A stretch of DNA of 64,000 nucleotides from Vicinamibacterales bacterium (GCA_050187355.1 JBFWXO010000006.1:43658-107657); one strand, 5' to 3'. Shown: positions 50,775 through 60,923, counted from the stretch's first letter. The notes: generated by a model not told the origin, from the sequence alone. Program-made: numbers and translations.

Positions 50775-53360
50775 ATGACGAGATGGATTCCCGCGTTCGC
50801 GTGCGCGGCCCTGCTGGCCGCGTCGCCCTTCGCACGCGCCGGCCAGACGCCCGAGGGCCAGACGCCCGTGTTCCGTACCGGCGTCGAGATCGTCCGCCTC
50901 GACGCGCGCGTCCTCGACGGCGCCGGCCGGCCCGTGAAGGACGTCCGCCAGGACGAAGTGACGGTGCTGGAGAACGGGCAGCCGCGTCCAGTCGTGTTCT
51001 TCCAGCACGTGGACGAGCCCGACGCGCCGTACGTCGAAGTGGCCAGCCGCACGATCGGGTCCGAGGTCTCCACCAACCGCGGCGCCCCCCGCGGGCATCT
51101 CTACGTCCTCGTGTTCGACCAGCAGCACATCACGGCCGGCAACGAACAGCGGGCCCGGCTGGCCGCCGAGCGCTTCCTCCGCTCCCGGATCCGCCCGGGC
51201 GACCGCGTCGCGCTGGCGGCCTTCCCGGGGCCCGGACCGCGGCTGACGTTCTCGGCGGACGTCGAGCGGGCCATCGCGGAGCTGCCGAAGATTCGGGGCA
51301 ACCTCGAGCGGACCGGCATCGGGGCGCTCGGCACCATGACCACCTACGAGGCGCGGCAGATCGTCCGCGGCAACGACCTCGTGCTGTCGCAGGTCGCCAC
51401 GCGCCTGGCCGCGGAGAGCGGCACGACCGACACGACGCGGACGGGTGGCGCCGCCGGGCGCGCGGGCGGCGGCGACTCGTACTCGACGCAGCTGGTGCGC
51501 GAGGACGCCTCGACGCTCGCCCGCCGCGAGGACGAGGGCGCGCGGCAGTTCCTGCTGGGGCTGACGGCCCTGCTGCGCGATCTGGAGGGCATCGAGGGAC
51601 GCAAGGCCATCGTGCTCGTCTCCGAGGGCTTCTTCGTGGACAACGTCTCGCGTGACGTCGAGCGCGCGGCGGCCGCCGCGGCGCGGGCGCACGGCGTCGT
51701 CTACGCCCTGGACCTCAACCGGCGCAGCGACACGCTGCGCGACAGCGGCCCGACGGGCGGCGACGCGCAGGCCGAGGTGTCCAGCCGGCTGGAGTCCATC
51801 GGCGGCCTGGCGGCCGAGACCGACGGCGCGCTCTTCGTGGACGCCACCTCGCACATGGACGACGTCTTCGACCGCGTGGCGGCGGAATCGCAGGACTACT
51901 ACCTCGTCGGGTTCGAGCCGAGCGCGGCGGCCCTCGCGGACCGCTCGGCCTACCGCCGCGTCTCGGTCGCGGTCCGGCGGCGAGGCGTGACCGTCAAGAC
52001 GCGGTCCGGATACGCGCTCGACGCCGGCAGCCCGTCGCCCGCCGACCGCCGGCGGAGCATCGACGTGGCGCTCCGGGCGCCGTTTCCCCAGCAGGGCCTC
52101 CCGGTCGACTTCACGACCTATACGCTGGGCGGCGGCAGCAACGACAGCCAGCGGGTCGTGCTGAGCCTCGAGGCGGACCTCCCCATCGCCAGCCCGGAGG
52201 TGCGGTCGGCCGACGTCGTCTTCGTCGTGAAGGACGCGGTCGACGGGCGCGTCGCCGCCAGCGGCACCGACGTCATGTCGCTGCCCGAGGCTCCCGCCTC
52301 GGACCGGGCCACCGGACGCGGCGCCTACAAGGTGCAGTTCGAGCTGGGCGCCGGACAGTATCTGATGCGCGTCGTCGTACGCGAGCCGGGTGGCCTCATG
52401 GGGAGCGCCGATCGACGGTTCGAGGTGCGCGCTCTGGGCGCGAGCGACGTCACGGCGAGCGACCTCGTCTTCGGCTCCCGGCACGGCCTCGCCGTGCGGC
52501 CCACCGGGCACGCCGGGGAGGTCCTGCCGGGCGTCGTCGAGGTCTACGGCCCGACCGACCGGGCCCTCGCGGACCTCCGCGTCCACCTGGCGGTGGCGCC
52601 CGTGGGCCAGTCGCCCACCCTGGAGATGGACGGCGACCCGCTGCCGGCCACGTTGACCGACGGGGGGTTCGTGCGGCCCGTCCAGGTGGACCTGCCCCTC
52701 GAAGGCCTCGCGCCGGGCCAGTACGTCGCGCGCGGTGTCGTGACGGCCGGCGGCCGGATCGTGGCCGAGCTCTCACGCGAGATCGAGGTCCTCGCCGGAC
52801 CGGCAGGAGCGCCGGCGGCCCGGCCGATGGGTTCCGGCGCGACGGATCCTCGAGGGGTGGACCCCAGATCCGTGCTCGACGGCGCCGTGGGAAGGGCCAC
52901 GCTGGCCCGCGCGCGTGAGGCCGCGGCCGGCCAGCCGGCAGACCAGTTCGGCCTGGCCGCCGCAAGCCGGTGGGAGCGCCTGGACGGCGGCATCGAAGGG
53001 CCGGCCGGGACCGCACGGCCCGGCCAGCGCCTCCTGGCGGGCATGGCGCGGTTCGCGAGACGCGACTTCCCGGGTGCGCTCGAGGCCTGGGAACCGGCGC
53101 TCTCGGACGCGGACGCCGGTGTGGCGTTCCTGGCGGGCTGGGCACACGCCATGTCGGGCGACGATCGCGGCGCGGTCGGCGCCTGGCGGCACGCGGTGCG
53201 GCTCGATCCGACGCTGGTGTCGGCCTACCTGGCCATCGCGGATGCCTGCGTGCGGCTGGACAGCCCGGGACTGGCGGTCCAGGCCCTCCGGGCCGGCCTG
53301 GCGGCCCTGCCGGATTCGCCGGAGCTGGCGGAACGGCTCGCGCGGCTGGAACGTCCGTAG
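50775..53360 (+). CDS. Acidobacterial-type VWA-domain protein with C-terminal TPR
   Basis: Signal peptide; PVFRTGVEIVRLDARVLD, VLVFDQQHI, RKAIVLVSEGF, YYLVGFEP, VKTRSGY. Confidence 0.8.
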   Translation: MTRWIPAFACAALLAASPFARAGQTPEGQTPVFRTGVEIVRLDARVLDGAGRPVKDVRQDEVTVLENGQPRPVVFFQHVDEPDAPYVEVASRTIGSEVSTNRGAPRGHLYVLVFDQQHITAGNEQRARLAAERFLRSRIRPGDRVALAAFPGPGPRLTFSADVERAIAELPKIRGNLERTGIGALGTMTTYEARQIVRGNDLVLSQVATRLAAESGTTDTTRTGGAAGRAGGGDSYSTQLVREDASTLARREDEGARQFLLGLTALLRDLEGIEGRKAIVLVSEGFFVDNVSRDVERAAAAAARAHGVVYALDLNRRSDTLRDSGPTGGDAQAEVSSRLESIGGLAAETDGALFVDATSHMDDVFDRVAAESQDYYLVGFEPSAAALADRSAYRRVSVAVRRRGVTVKTRSGYALDAGSPSPADRRRSIDVALRAPFPQQGLPVDFTTYTLGGGSNDSQRVVLSLEADLPIASPEVRSADVVFVVKDAVDGRVAASGTDVMSLPEAPASDRATGRGAYKVQFELGAGQYLMRVVVREPGGLMGSADRRFEVRALGASDVTASDLVFGSRHGLAVRPTGHAGEVLPGVVEVYGPTDRALADLRVHLAVAPVGQSPTLEMDGDPLPATLTDGGFVRPVQVDLPLEGLAPGQYVARGVVTAGGRIVAELSREIEVLAGPAGAPAARPMGSGATDPRGVDPRSVLDGAVGRATLARAREAAAGQPADQFGLAAASRWERLDGGIEGPAGTARPGQRLLAGMARFARRDFPGALEAWEPALSDADAGVAFLAGWAHAMSGDDRGAVGAWRHAVRLDPTLVSAYLAIADACVRLDSPGLAVQALRAGLAALPDSPELAERLARLERP

Positions 53361-53406
53361 TGCAACGGGGCTCGCCGTCCGCGCCGGACGGCAACGGAGG
53401 TTGGTG

Positions 53407-54165
53407 ATGCTGCTCCTGTGGATGATGCTGTCGCAAGCGCCTCCGGCGGTGGACGCCACGGCGCTGACCGTCGCGGCCCCGACCGCGGTCGCCGAGATCG
53501 ACGGCGGCAAGTGGAAGGGCGAGGCCCAGCAGCTCGCCTGGTCGCCCGACCGCAAGGAGATCTACCTGCAGTTCGTCGAGACCCGGCGAAACGGGCAGAG
53601 CGTGACCCACGCCGTCGCGACGGTGGCCACCGGTGTCCTCAAGAAGGTGGATGGCCCGCCGGCGTGGGCCGCCGCCTACTGGGCGTGGAAGTCGGGCCGC
53701 GGAGCCCCGGCCAAGCCGTCCTTCCAGATCACGGTGGACCAGCGGACCGAGGCCGTGACGTCCACGGCCACGCCGATGGGCGGCGATCTCGCGCGCGGCG
53801 GGGCCGACCCCGGGGCATCGGGGATCAGCGTGGAGGAGGTGGCCGGCGCCCACAACCAGCGGCAGGCCGTGCAGGTCTTCGAGCTGCGCCTGAAGGGCGA
53901 GAGCCTCGGGACCTGGAAGAACGAGGCGGTCGTTCCGGGCACGACCTTCGGCTGGGCGCCCGCCGGCACCGGAGTGGCCATCGCCTACGTGACCGCGAAG
54001 GGCGACCTCGTGCTGATGGACGAACGGGGCGGGAAGCGGCAGGTGGATGGCGTGGCCGGCGCCAGCCTGCCGGCGTGGAGCGACGACGGGTCGGAGATCG
54101 CGGTGCTCGTCAGGACCGGCCGCCGGACGCAGTCGCTCACGGTCGTCCCGGTGTCGAAGCCGTAG
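53407..54165 (+). CDS. Hypothetical exported protein with PD40/TolB-like segments
   Basis: GGAGG at 53396-53400; QLAWSPDRKEIY, FGWAPAG, LPAWSDDGSEIA. Alternative GTG start at 53404. Confidence 0.65.
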   Translation: MLLLWMMLSQAPPAVDATALTVAAPTAVAEIDGGKWKGEAQQLAWSPDRKEIYLQFVETRRNGQSVTHAVATVATGVLKKVDGPPAWAAAYWAWKSGRGAPAKPSFQITVDQRTEAVTSTATPMGGDLARGGADPGASGISVEEVAGAHNQRQAVQVFELRLKGESLGTWKNEAVVPGTTFGWAPAGTGVAIAYVTAKGDLVLMDERGGKRQVDGVAGASLPAWSDDGSEIAVLVRTGRRTQSLTVVPVSKP

Positions 54166-54186
54166 CCCGCGCCGCGCCTGGACATG

Positions 54187-54219
54187 CAACGGGCCGGGGC
54201 TGTCCGCCCCGGCCCGTTG
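54187..54219. terminator. Inverted repeat, probable terminator between convergent genes
   Basis: caacgggccggggc-tgtcc-gccccggcccgttg: perfect 14-bp stem. Confidence 0.75.
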
Positions 54220-54259
54220 TCTTGTCGTCCCGTGCGCCCCCCTCACGGGGGCGCCGGCG

Positions 54260-57136
54260 CTAGAACGTGAACCGGACGCCCAGACGGGCGATCCGCGGGT
54301 TCATGATCTCCAGCGTGCGTCCGAACCCGGTCGCCGAGGTCGCGGCGAACCGGTGGTCGAACTGGCGCCCGAGCACCGTGGACACGTTGCCCAGGTTGAA
54401 CACGTCGAGGTCCAGGTAGAGGTTCGACGTCTTGATCTGGAAGGCCTTCTCGACCCGGACGTCCACCGAGTGCACCGTCGGGAGCCGGTCCCCGCCGATG
54501 TCCTTGGTCAGCAGCACGCGGCGGCGGCCAAGCTGGTCTCCGACGCTGATGTTGCTTTCGAACCACGGCTGCCCGTAGCCCTGACGGGCCACGTAGTTCG
54601 CGCCGAAGTTGATGCCGAACGGTCCCTGGTAGAGGCCGTTGGCGATGAACTGGTACTTCGGCACGATGAGGTAGATCTCGCTCTTGCCGCTGCCGGCGCT
54701 GCGCTGGATCACCTGGCCGCCATCGACGAGCGGACCTGGCGAGTTCGCGGGCGTCGAGCGGGGATTCGGGTTCGGGTCCTCGATCGACACGTTGCGGTCG
54801 TCGAAGTATTCCGTGTGGCTGTTGGTCGAGAAGCCCACGCGCATCATCCATCGGTTCGAGAGCCGCTTGGTGGCCGACACCTCGAGGCCCTGGAAGCGCT
54901 GGTGGTACTTGTCGCGGTTGACGAACTCACGGCCGTTGCCCGCCGGCGTCAGAGCGGCGGGCAGGCCGTAGAGCGGAATCGAGTAGGAGCCGGTCTCCGG
55001 CGCGGTGCCACTCAGCGTGTTGACCTGGACGAACTGCGGCGACCGGACGCCGATGAGCGGGGTCCAGGTGACGTCGTTGATGTAGCGGTAGGTGTACGAC
55101 GCGCTCACGCCGAAGTTCCGCCCGAGCTCGCGGTCCACGCCCAGGATCACTTCCCGCGTCTTGGGCGCGTTGACGTCGCCGATCCGGTTCGTGCTCTCGG
55201 TCTTCGTCGGGTTGTCGGGGTCGATCCCGTAGGAGTACTGCAGGCCGTCGCTGAACAGGATCTCGTTGAACTGCGCGATGTTGTCCCCGTTCCTGTCGAT
55301 GCCGTTGTAGTAGATGTACGAGTAGCCGACCGGGTTGATGAAGCTCGCCTGGGAGGCGCTCAGCTGCGAGGCGAACTCCGAGTAGCTGGCGCGCACCTGC
55401 GTGCGGCGGTCCTCGGTGAGCGAGTAGGTGACGCCCAGGCGCGGCGTGATGTTGTTCCACTTCACCGCGTTGTTCACGGCCGGCGCCGAGATCGACGCCA
55501 GCAGCGGGAAGCCGCTCACGCCCTCCACCGAGTTGGCCAGCAGGCTCGAGGTCTGATGGTCCCACCGGAAGCCGACGTTGATCGTCGCCCGGTCGAGCGT
55601 GATCGTGTCGCCCACGTAGAAGTTCTGGTAGTTCCCCTCGGTCTTCTGCTTGGTGTCACGCGCGACCTTGACGTAGAGGTCCGGATACCCCACGTGGTAG
55701 GTGATGATCTTCGAGCCCGGCCACTGCGAGATCGAGTCCACCGGGAACTTCCGGTAGGCGTAGCCGAACTTGAACTCGTGCCGGCCCGCGAAGTAGTTCG
55801 CGTCGATGTTCGCGGTCTTCTGCGGGCGCTTGGTGGAGTAGTAGACGTACGAGTTGTGCCACACGCCGTCGTCGTCCTGGTAGACCTCCTTGCCGGAGGT
55901 CAGGCCGCCGCGCGGGTCGAGCGTGAACCCCATGTCGGCGTACGCGTAGCGGCCGACCACGTAGAGGTTCTGCTTCGTGAAGCTCAGATCGCCCTTGTAG
56001 ATGCTGGTCGGGCCGTTCTGGTTCCAGGTCGTCTCGTCGGGGTGCGTCGCGCTGGCGCCGCGCCCGTACTTCAGCTTGTCGCCGCGGAAGTACATGAAGC
56101 TGGGCCGCCAGGTGTCGGACAGCTGCGCCTGTGACTTGAAGGCGTAGTTCTCGAGGATGGTGCGATCCAGGACGTCGGTCAGCGTGCGGATGCGGACGTC
56201 GGTCTTGCCGTAGGAGCCCCACGCCCACCACCGGCCCTTGATGATCGGGCCGCCGAGGTCGAAGCCGTAGTCGGCGTACTGATCGGTGCGGTTGCCCTTG
56301 CCGCTCGCGCCGCCGATGGATGCCGCCAGGTCGGCCGGCATGTTGTTCGACTGGAGGCTCTCGTTCTCGAAGTACGTGCGCGCCGCGCCGTGCGGCGTGT
56401 CGCTGCCCGTCTTCATGGCGAAGTTGAGCTGCACACCGGGCGTCGCGCTGGTCACGTCGGCGCCGCCGGTCGTGATGCTGATCTCCTGGAAGGCGTCGAA
56501 GTCGAAGTAAGTCGACGTCGCGCCCGTGGCGGACATGTCGGTCACCGGCACGCCGTCGACGTTCCAGGTGGCGTCACCGCGCTGGGCGCCCTTGGCCGTG
56601 AAGTTCGACTGCTGGCCGGACTCCGAACCACCCACGTTCACGCGGTCCACGACGATGCTGGGCACCGACTGCATGACGACCCAGGGGTCGCGCGCGCTCG
56701 GGATGTTCTGAAGTTCTTCCAGCGTGACGTTGGTCTGGGTGGTCTGACGGCGGATGTCGATGACGGGCGTCTCCGCCGACACCGAGACGGTCTCCTGCAC
56801 CCCGGCGAGGCGCATGGGGATCTTGAGGTTCACCGACCCGCCGGCCACGACCTGCACGTCGGCGCTGCTGTAGTCCACGAACCCGGATAGCACCGACGTC
56901 ACCTGGTAGGTGCCCGTTGGCAGGTTCAAGAACCGGACTTCGCCGCGGGCATCGGTCACGGCGGTCGTGTTCTGGGGCCCGGCGATCGTCACTGTGACAC
57001 CGGGCAGGACCGACCCGGACGGATCGACGACCGTCACTTCAATGCGGCCCTGGTACACCTGGCCAAAGGCGGGCACTGCGAGCAGTGTCAGCACGATTGG
57101 CACGATGGTGCTCAAGCGCCAGCTCCTTCTCATCAT
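54260..57136 (-). CDS. TonB-dependent receptor, Oar-like with N-terminal carboxypeptidase-regulatory-like domain
   Basis: SD AGGAGG; signal peptide; VVDPSGSVLPGVTVT, FLNLPTGTY, plug LQNIPSARDPW...NVDGVPVTD...QEISITTGG; ends PRIARLGVRFTF. Confidence 0.92.
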   Translation of the reverse strand: MMRRSWRLSTIVPIVLTLLAVPAFGQVYQGRIEVTVVDPSGSVLPGVTVTIAGPQNTTAVTDARGEVRFLNLPTGTYQVTSVLSGFVDYSSADVQVVAGGSVNLKIPMRLAGVQETVSVSAETPVIDIRRQTTQTNVTLEELQNIPSARDPWVVMQSVPSIVVDRVNVGGSESGQQSNFTAKGAQRGDATWNVDGVPVTDMSATGATSTYFDFDAFQEISITTGGADVTSATPGVQLNFAMKTGSDTPHGAARTYFENESLQSNNMPADLAASIGGASGKGNRTDQYADYGFDLGGPIIKGRWWAWGSYGKTDVRIRTLTDVLDRTILENYAFKSQAQLSDTWRPSFMYFRGDKLKYGRGASATHPDETTWNQNGPTSIYKGDLSFTKQNLYVVGRYAYADMGFTLDPRGGLTSGKEVYQDDDGVWHNSYVYYSTKRPQKTANIDANYFAGRHEFKFGYAYRKFPVDSISQWPGSKIITYHVGYPDLYVKVARDTKQKTEGNYQNFYVGDTITLDRATINVGFRWDHQTSSLLANSVEGVSGFPLLASISAPAVNNAVKWNNITPRLGVTYSLTEDRRTQVRASYSEFASQLSASQASFINPVGYSYIYYNGIDRNGDNIAQFNEILFSDGLQYSYGIDPDNPTKTESTNRIGDVNAPKTREVILGVDRELGRNFGVSASYTYRYINDVTWTPLIGVRSPQFVQVNTLSGTAPETGSYSIPLYGLPAALTPAGNGREFVNRDKYHQRFQGLEVSATKRLSNRWMMRVGFSTNSHTEYFDDRNVSIEDPNPNPRSTPANSPGPLVDGGQVIQRSAGSGKSEIYLIVPKYQFIANGLYQGPFGINFGANYVARQGYGQPWFESNISVGDQLGRRRVLLTKDIGGDRLPTVHSVDVRVEKAFQIKTSNLYLDLDVFNLGNVSTVLGRQFDHRFAATSATGFGRTLEIMNPRIARLGVRFTF

Positions 57137-57211
57137 CCCCTCCTGGAAAAGCAAATAGAAAACGTAATCGCAATCCAAACTATGCCATATAGTCGCGGCG
57201 ATAGAGCCTGA

Positions 57212-59368
57212 ATGCGGCCCGATCTTCCGTGCAGCGGGGCTCGTCCAACCGCCGTCCGGCGGAGGGGAGAATTTGTCCCGACAATTCTCCTTTTATTCGC
57301 TTTTCCCCTCGCAGCTCAGCCGCAGACCCCGCCGCCGCCAGCCCCGCCGGACCAGCCGACTCTCCGCATCGAGACGTCCCTGGTGGAGGTGCCGGTATGG
57401 GTCCAGGACGGGTCGGGCGCCTTCGAGCCCGGTCTGACCGCCGACGACTTCGAGGTCTACGACGACGGCGTCCGGCGCCCGATCCGGGACGTCCTCCTGC
57501 TGGGTGCGTCCGAACGCCGCGGCACCGCCGGCCTCGACGCACGGGGTGCGCAGGCCCCCGCCGCGCCCGGAGCCCTGCTCCTGGCCTTCGACGACGCCCA
57601 CATGGATCCCGGGGCATTCAGGCGGCTGACGTCGGCGGCCGCGGCGTTCCTGCCGACGCTGCCGGCCACCCAGCTCGCGGGCGTCTTCATCGGCGGACGG
57701 CTCGCCGGCGGGCGGCTCATGACCGAGCGGGCCCCGCTCCTGCAGGCCCTCGCCGCGGCCCAGGCGCCTCCGACGCGGCTGCGGTGGCGCCGCGACGCCG
57801 GGGACTGGCCCCGCCTGTCCGACGAAGCCGAAGCCGTCCTGATTGCCGGAGACGACGGCGCGCTGCTGGATCAGGCCGTGCGGCGCGCCTGCGCCGACGA
57901 GCCCGATGCCTGCAAGAAGGACGGCGGCTCAAGCGCCCGGATCGAGCTGATGGCCAAGGCCCGGCGGTTGTCGGCCGACCTCCGGCAGACGGCGACGCAG
58001 AGCCTGGCGGCCTGGCGCGCCCTGGCGCGGGGCCTGCGGGCCGCGCCCGGCCGGAAGGCGGTCGTCGTGCTCAGCGGCGGCTTCGAGGTGCAGGAACAGC
58101 TCGGTGCCCTGCGCGGCCTCATCGAGGATGCCGCGCGGGCGGACGTGATCTTCTACTTCGTGGACGCGGCCGGTACGGCCAGGGCGGCCCGCGGCGGGGA
58201 CGTCCTCGACCGGGGCGGCTGGACGGCCGGCGACTCGCCGCTGGCGTCGGCCATGGCTCGGACGAGCGAGGACGCGATGAACGCCGTCGCCAACGACACG
58301 GGCGGCTACGTGGTCCGGGGACGGAACGATGCCGGACCCGCGCTGGCCGGGATCGCGGACGATCAGCGCCGCCACTACGTGCTGGCGTTCGAGCCCGAGG
58401 GCCCGATGACGGGCGACTGGCGGCGGCTGCGCGTCGTCGTCCGGCGCCGCGGCCTGCACGTCCGCGCGCGGCAGGGCTACTGGGCGACACCGTCGCCGTC
58501 GCGGGCGATGCCCACGGCGCCGGATCCCGCGGCGGCCGCACCCGTCTCCGAGGCTCCCGCTCCCGCCGCGGCCCCCACGCGCGTCGCCGATGCGGTCGTC
58601 CCCACTTCCGGCCGGCCGGACGCTGCGGCAGCCCCCTCCCGGCCGGCCGAACCCGCGGCGGTCCTGAACCGCGATGCCCTCCATGCGCGCCCGGTCGCGG
58701 CGGATCACGTCGCCGCGCTGGCCTCGTCGGGCGGCGGGACGGGGTCGTCGGAGGCCGAGACGGCCGCCCGCGAGGGCTGGCAGGCCTACGAACGCGGCGA
58801 CCTCGAACGCGCCCGGACGCGGCTCGGCGATGCGGTCCGCCTCGACACGCCCCGCCCGTGGGTGTACTACGCGCTGGGATTCGCCGAGATGGCCACGGCC
58901 AGCCCGAAGGCCGCCGCGACGGCATGGGAGGAGGTGCGCGCGGCCGCTCCCGAGTTCCAGCCCGTCTACTTCGACCTGGCGGACGCCTACCTGCGCCTCG
59001 GCCGCTCGAGCGACGCGCTCGACGTGCTCGAGGCCGCGGAGCGGCGCTGGCCGGGCGACACCGAGGTGCTGAACGCCCTGGGCGCCATCCACGTCGGGCG
59101 CGGATCGATCGACGCGGGGCTGTCGTGCTTCCAGCGCGCGCTGGCGGCGAACGAGGCCGATGCGATGATCCACTTCAACCTGGGCAAGTCCTACGAGCTG
59201 CGCTACATCCGGTCGGCCCGCTTCGTCCGGTCGACCCGTCAGTGGCACCGCGACGAGGGCGCCCGCCAGGACGCCATCCGCCACTACCAGCGGCACATCG
59301 AGCTGGGAGGGGCCATGGCGGACCAGGCGCGCGAGGGGCTGCGGCGGCTCGCCTGGGCGCCCCGCTGA
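57212..59368 (+). CDS. Acidobacterial-type VWA-domain protein with Pro/Ala linker and TPRs (start uncertain)
   Basis: LRIETSLVEVPVWVQD, LLAFDDAHM, RKAVVVLSGGF, DTGG, HYVLAFEP, RARQGYW; TPR-like C-terminus. Confidence 0.8.
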   Translation: MRPDLPCSGARPTAVRRRGEFVPTILLLFAFPLAAQPQTPPPPAPPDQPTLRIETSLVEVPVWVQDGSGAFEPGLTADDFEVYDDGVRRPIRDVLLLGASERRGTAGLDARGAQAPAAPGALLLAFDDAHMDPGAFRRLTSAAAAFLPTLPATQLAGVFIGGRLAGGRLMTERAPLLQALAAAQAPPTRLRWRRDAGDWPRLSDEAEAVLIAGDDGALLDQAVRRACADEPDACKKDGGSSARIELMAKARRLSADLRQTATQSLAAWRALARGLRAAPGRKAVVVLSGGFEVQEQLGALRGLIEDAARADVIFYFVDAAGTARAARGGDVLDRGGWTAGDSPLASAMARTSEDAMNAVANDTGGYVVRGRNDAGPALAGIADDQRRHYVLAFEPEGPMTGDWRRLRVVVRRRGLHVRARQGYWATPSPSRAMPTAPDPAAAAPVSEAPAPAAAPTRVADAVVPTSGRPDAAAAPSRPAEPAAVLNRDALHARPVAADHVAALASSGGGTGSSEAETAAREGWQAYERGDLERARTRLGDAVRLDTPRPWVYYALGFAEMATASPKAAATAWEEVRAAAPEFQPVYFDLADAYLRLGRSSDALDVLEAAERRWPGDTEVLNALGAIHVGRGSIDAGLSCFQRALAANEADAMIHFNLGKSYELRYIRSARFVRSTRQWHRDEGARQDAIRHYQRHIELGGAMADQAREGLRRLAWAPR

Positions 59369-59369
59369 T

Positions 59370-59388
59370 CCGCCGGCGGTGCCGGCGG
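59370..59388 (+). terminator. GC hairpin just after the VWA-TPR stop
   Basis: ccgccggc-ggt-gccggcgg; no U-tract. Confidence 0.35.
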
Positions 59389-59404
59389 CGGCGCGCGCGG
59401 CGGT

Positions 59405-59433
59405 TTGCGATGCGCGCCATTTTCGGCTACGCT
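59405..59433 (+). promoter_or_regulatory. Putative sigma70 promoter of the his operon
   Basis: TTGCGA, 17-nt spacer, TACGCT; ends 10 nt before the leader ATG. Confidence 0.6.
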
Positions 59434-59443
59434 CTCCGGCGTC

Positions 59444-59518
59444 ATGTCCGCCGTGGTCCACGTGCATCGCGTCCACCATCACCTGCCCCATCGCGGGCCG
59501 GCTGGACTGCACGTGTAG
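59444..59518 (+). CDS. hisL: His operon leader peptide (24 aa, 7 His)
   Basis: MSAVVHVHRVHHHLPHRGPAGLHV*; below the ORF-track length cutoff; lies directly upstream of a terminator and hisI. Confidence 0.85.
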   Translation: MSAVVHVHRVHHHLPHRGPAGLHV

Positions 59519-59556
59519 CGCACACGACGTCAGCGTTCACCTCTGAACCTGAGCAG

Positions 59557-59583
59557 CCCCGCCGGCATCCGGCGGGGTTTTTT
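59557..59583 (+). terminator. Attenuator terminator
   Basis: ccccgccgg-cat-ccggcgggg followed by TTTTTT. Confidence 0.88.
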
Positions 59584-59610
59584 CGTGGTGGCGCACCCCG
59601 TCTGGCGTTC

Positions 59611-59664
59611 CAGCCGCCCGTCGCGGCGTTTCCCAGCCGCCCGTCGCGGCGTTTCCCAGCCGCC
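59611..59664. repeat. 23-bp tandem repeat, about 2.3 copies
   Basis: cagccgcccgtcgcggcgtttcc twice exactly, plus cagccgcc. Confidence 0.85.
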
Positions 59665-59694
59665 TGTGACAACGGAACAGCGAAGGATCGACCC

Positions 59695-60033
59695 ATGACC
59701 CTGGATTTCACGAAACTGGACGGCCTGGTGCCCGCGGTGGTGCAGGACCACGAGAGCGGCGAGGTGCTGATGGTGGGCTTCATGAACGAGGAGGCCTGGA
59801 GCATCACGCGGCGCATCGGCTACGTGACCTTCTACAGCCGGACGCGCAACACGCTGTGGACCAAGGGCGAGACGTCGGGCAACCGCCTGGCCGTCAAGCG
59901 GATCCTCGTGGACTGCGACGACGACACGGTGCTCGTGCAGGCCGCCCGCGAGGGCGACGGCAACGTGTGCCACACCGGCACGCGCACCTGCTTCAACACC
60001 GAGGTGACCGACTGGACGGAGGCCGCGCGATGA
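59695..60033 (+). CDS. hisI: Phosphoribosyl-AMP cyclohydrolase (monofunctional)
   Basis: [32 protein letters not shown]. Confidence 0.95.
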   Translation: MTLDFTKLDGLVPAVVQDHESGEVLMVGFMNEEAWSITRRIGYVTFYSRTRNTLWTKGETSGNRLAVKRILVDCDDDTVLVQAAREGDGNVCHTGTRTCFNTEVTDWTEAAR

Positions 60034-60923
60034 AGACGACGCTGAAGCTGGGCATCCCCAAGGGATCGCTCGAGGAGTCCACCGTGGCGCTCTTCCGCCG
60101 GGCGGGCTACGAGATCCGGACGAGCTCGCGGTCCTACTTCCCCAGCATCGACGATCCCGAGATCGAGTGCATGCTGATCCGCGCGCAGGAGATGGCGCGC
60201 TACGTCAGCGACGGCGTCCTCGATGCCGGCCTCACCGGCATGGACTGGATCGAGGAGCACGCCATCGGCCATCCCGAACAGGTCCCCCTGGTCCCGGTGT
60301 GCGACCTCGTCTACTCGAAGCAGAGCTTCGGCAAGGTCCGGTGGGTGCTCGCGGTGCCGGAGGCCTCGCCCGTCCAGAAGGCCGAGGACCTGCGGGGCAA
60401 GCGCGTGGCCACCGAGCTCGTCCGCGTGACGTCCGCCTGGTTCGCCGCCAAGGCGACGCCCGTGGAGGTGGAGTTCTCCTGGGGCGCCACGGAAGTGAAG
60501 CCGCCGGAGCTCGCCGACGCCATCGTCGAGGCCACCGAGACCGGATCGACGCTGCGCGCCAACCGCCTGCGCATCGTCGACACGCTGATGGAGAGCAACA
60601 CGCGCCTGGTGGCCAACGCCGCCACCATGGCCGACGCCTGGAAGCGCGAGAAGGTCGAGACGCTGGCCCTCCTGCTGAAGGCCGCGATCGAGGCGCAGGG
60701 CCGCGTGGGGCTGATGCTCAACGTGCAGCGGTCGGACCTGGACCGGGTGCTCGCCGAGCTCCCGGCGCTGCAGCGCCCGACTGTCTCGGCGCTCTCGGAT
60801 CCCGACTGGGTGGCCGTGAACACGATCCTGGAGGAGCGCACCGTCCGCTCGATCATCCCGAGGCTCAAGGCCGCCGGCGGCCAGGGGATCGTGGAGTATC
60901 CGCTGAACAAGATAGTGATCTAG
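60030..60923 (+). CDS. hisG: ATP phosphoribosyltransferase (long form)
   Basis: [48 protein letters not shown]. Confidence 0.96.
   Translation: MKTTLKLGIPKGSLEESTVALFRRAGYEIRTSSRSYFPSIDDPEIECMLIRAQEMARYVSDGVLDAGLTGMDWIEEHAIGHPEQVPLVPVCDLVYSKQSFGKVRWVLAVPEASPVQKAEDLRGKRVATELVRVTSAWFAAKATPVEVEFSWGATEVKPPELADAIVEATETGSTLRANRLRIVDTLMESNTRLVANAATMADAWKREKVETLALLLKAAIEAQGRVGLMLNVQRSDLDRVLAELPALQRPTVSALSDPDWVAVNTILEERTVRSIIPRLKAAGGQGIVEYPLNKIVI

Noticed and set aside
57170-57190. sigma54 promoter for the TonB receptor (TGGCATAGTTTGGATTGC on the minus strand)
   Set aside because: GG-to-GC spacing is 13 nt, not the strictly required 10.
57212-60033. VWA or 57229-frame fusion with hisI
   Set aside because: hisI has its own ATG at 59695 behind a promoter, leader and terminator; the upstream in-frame sequence is non-coding shadow.
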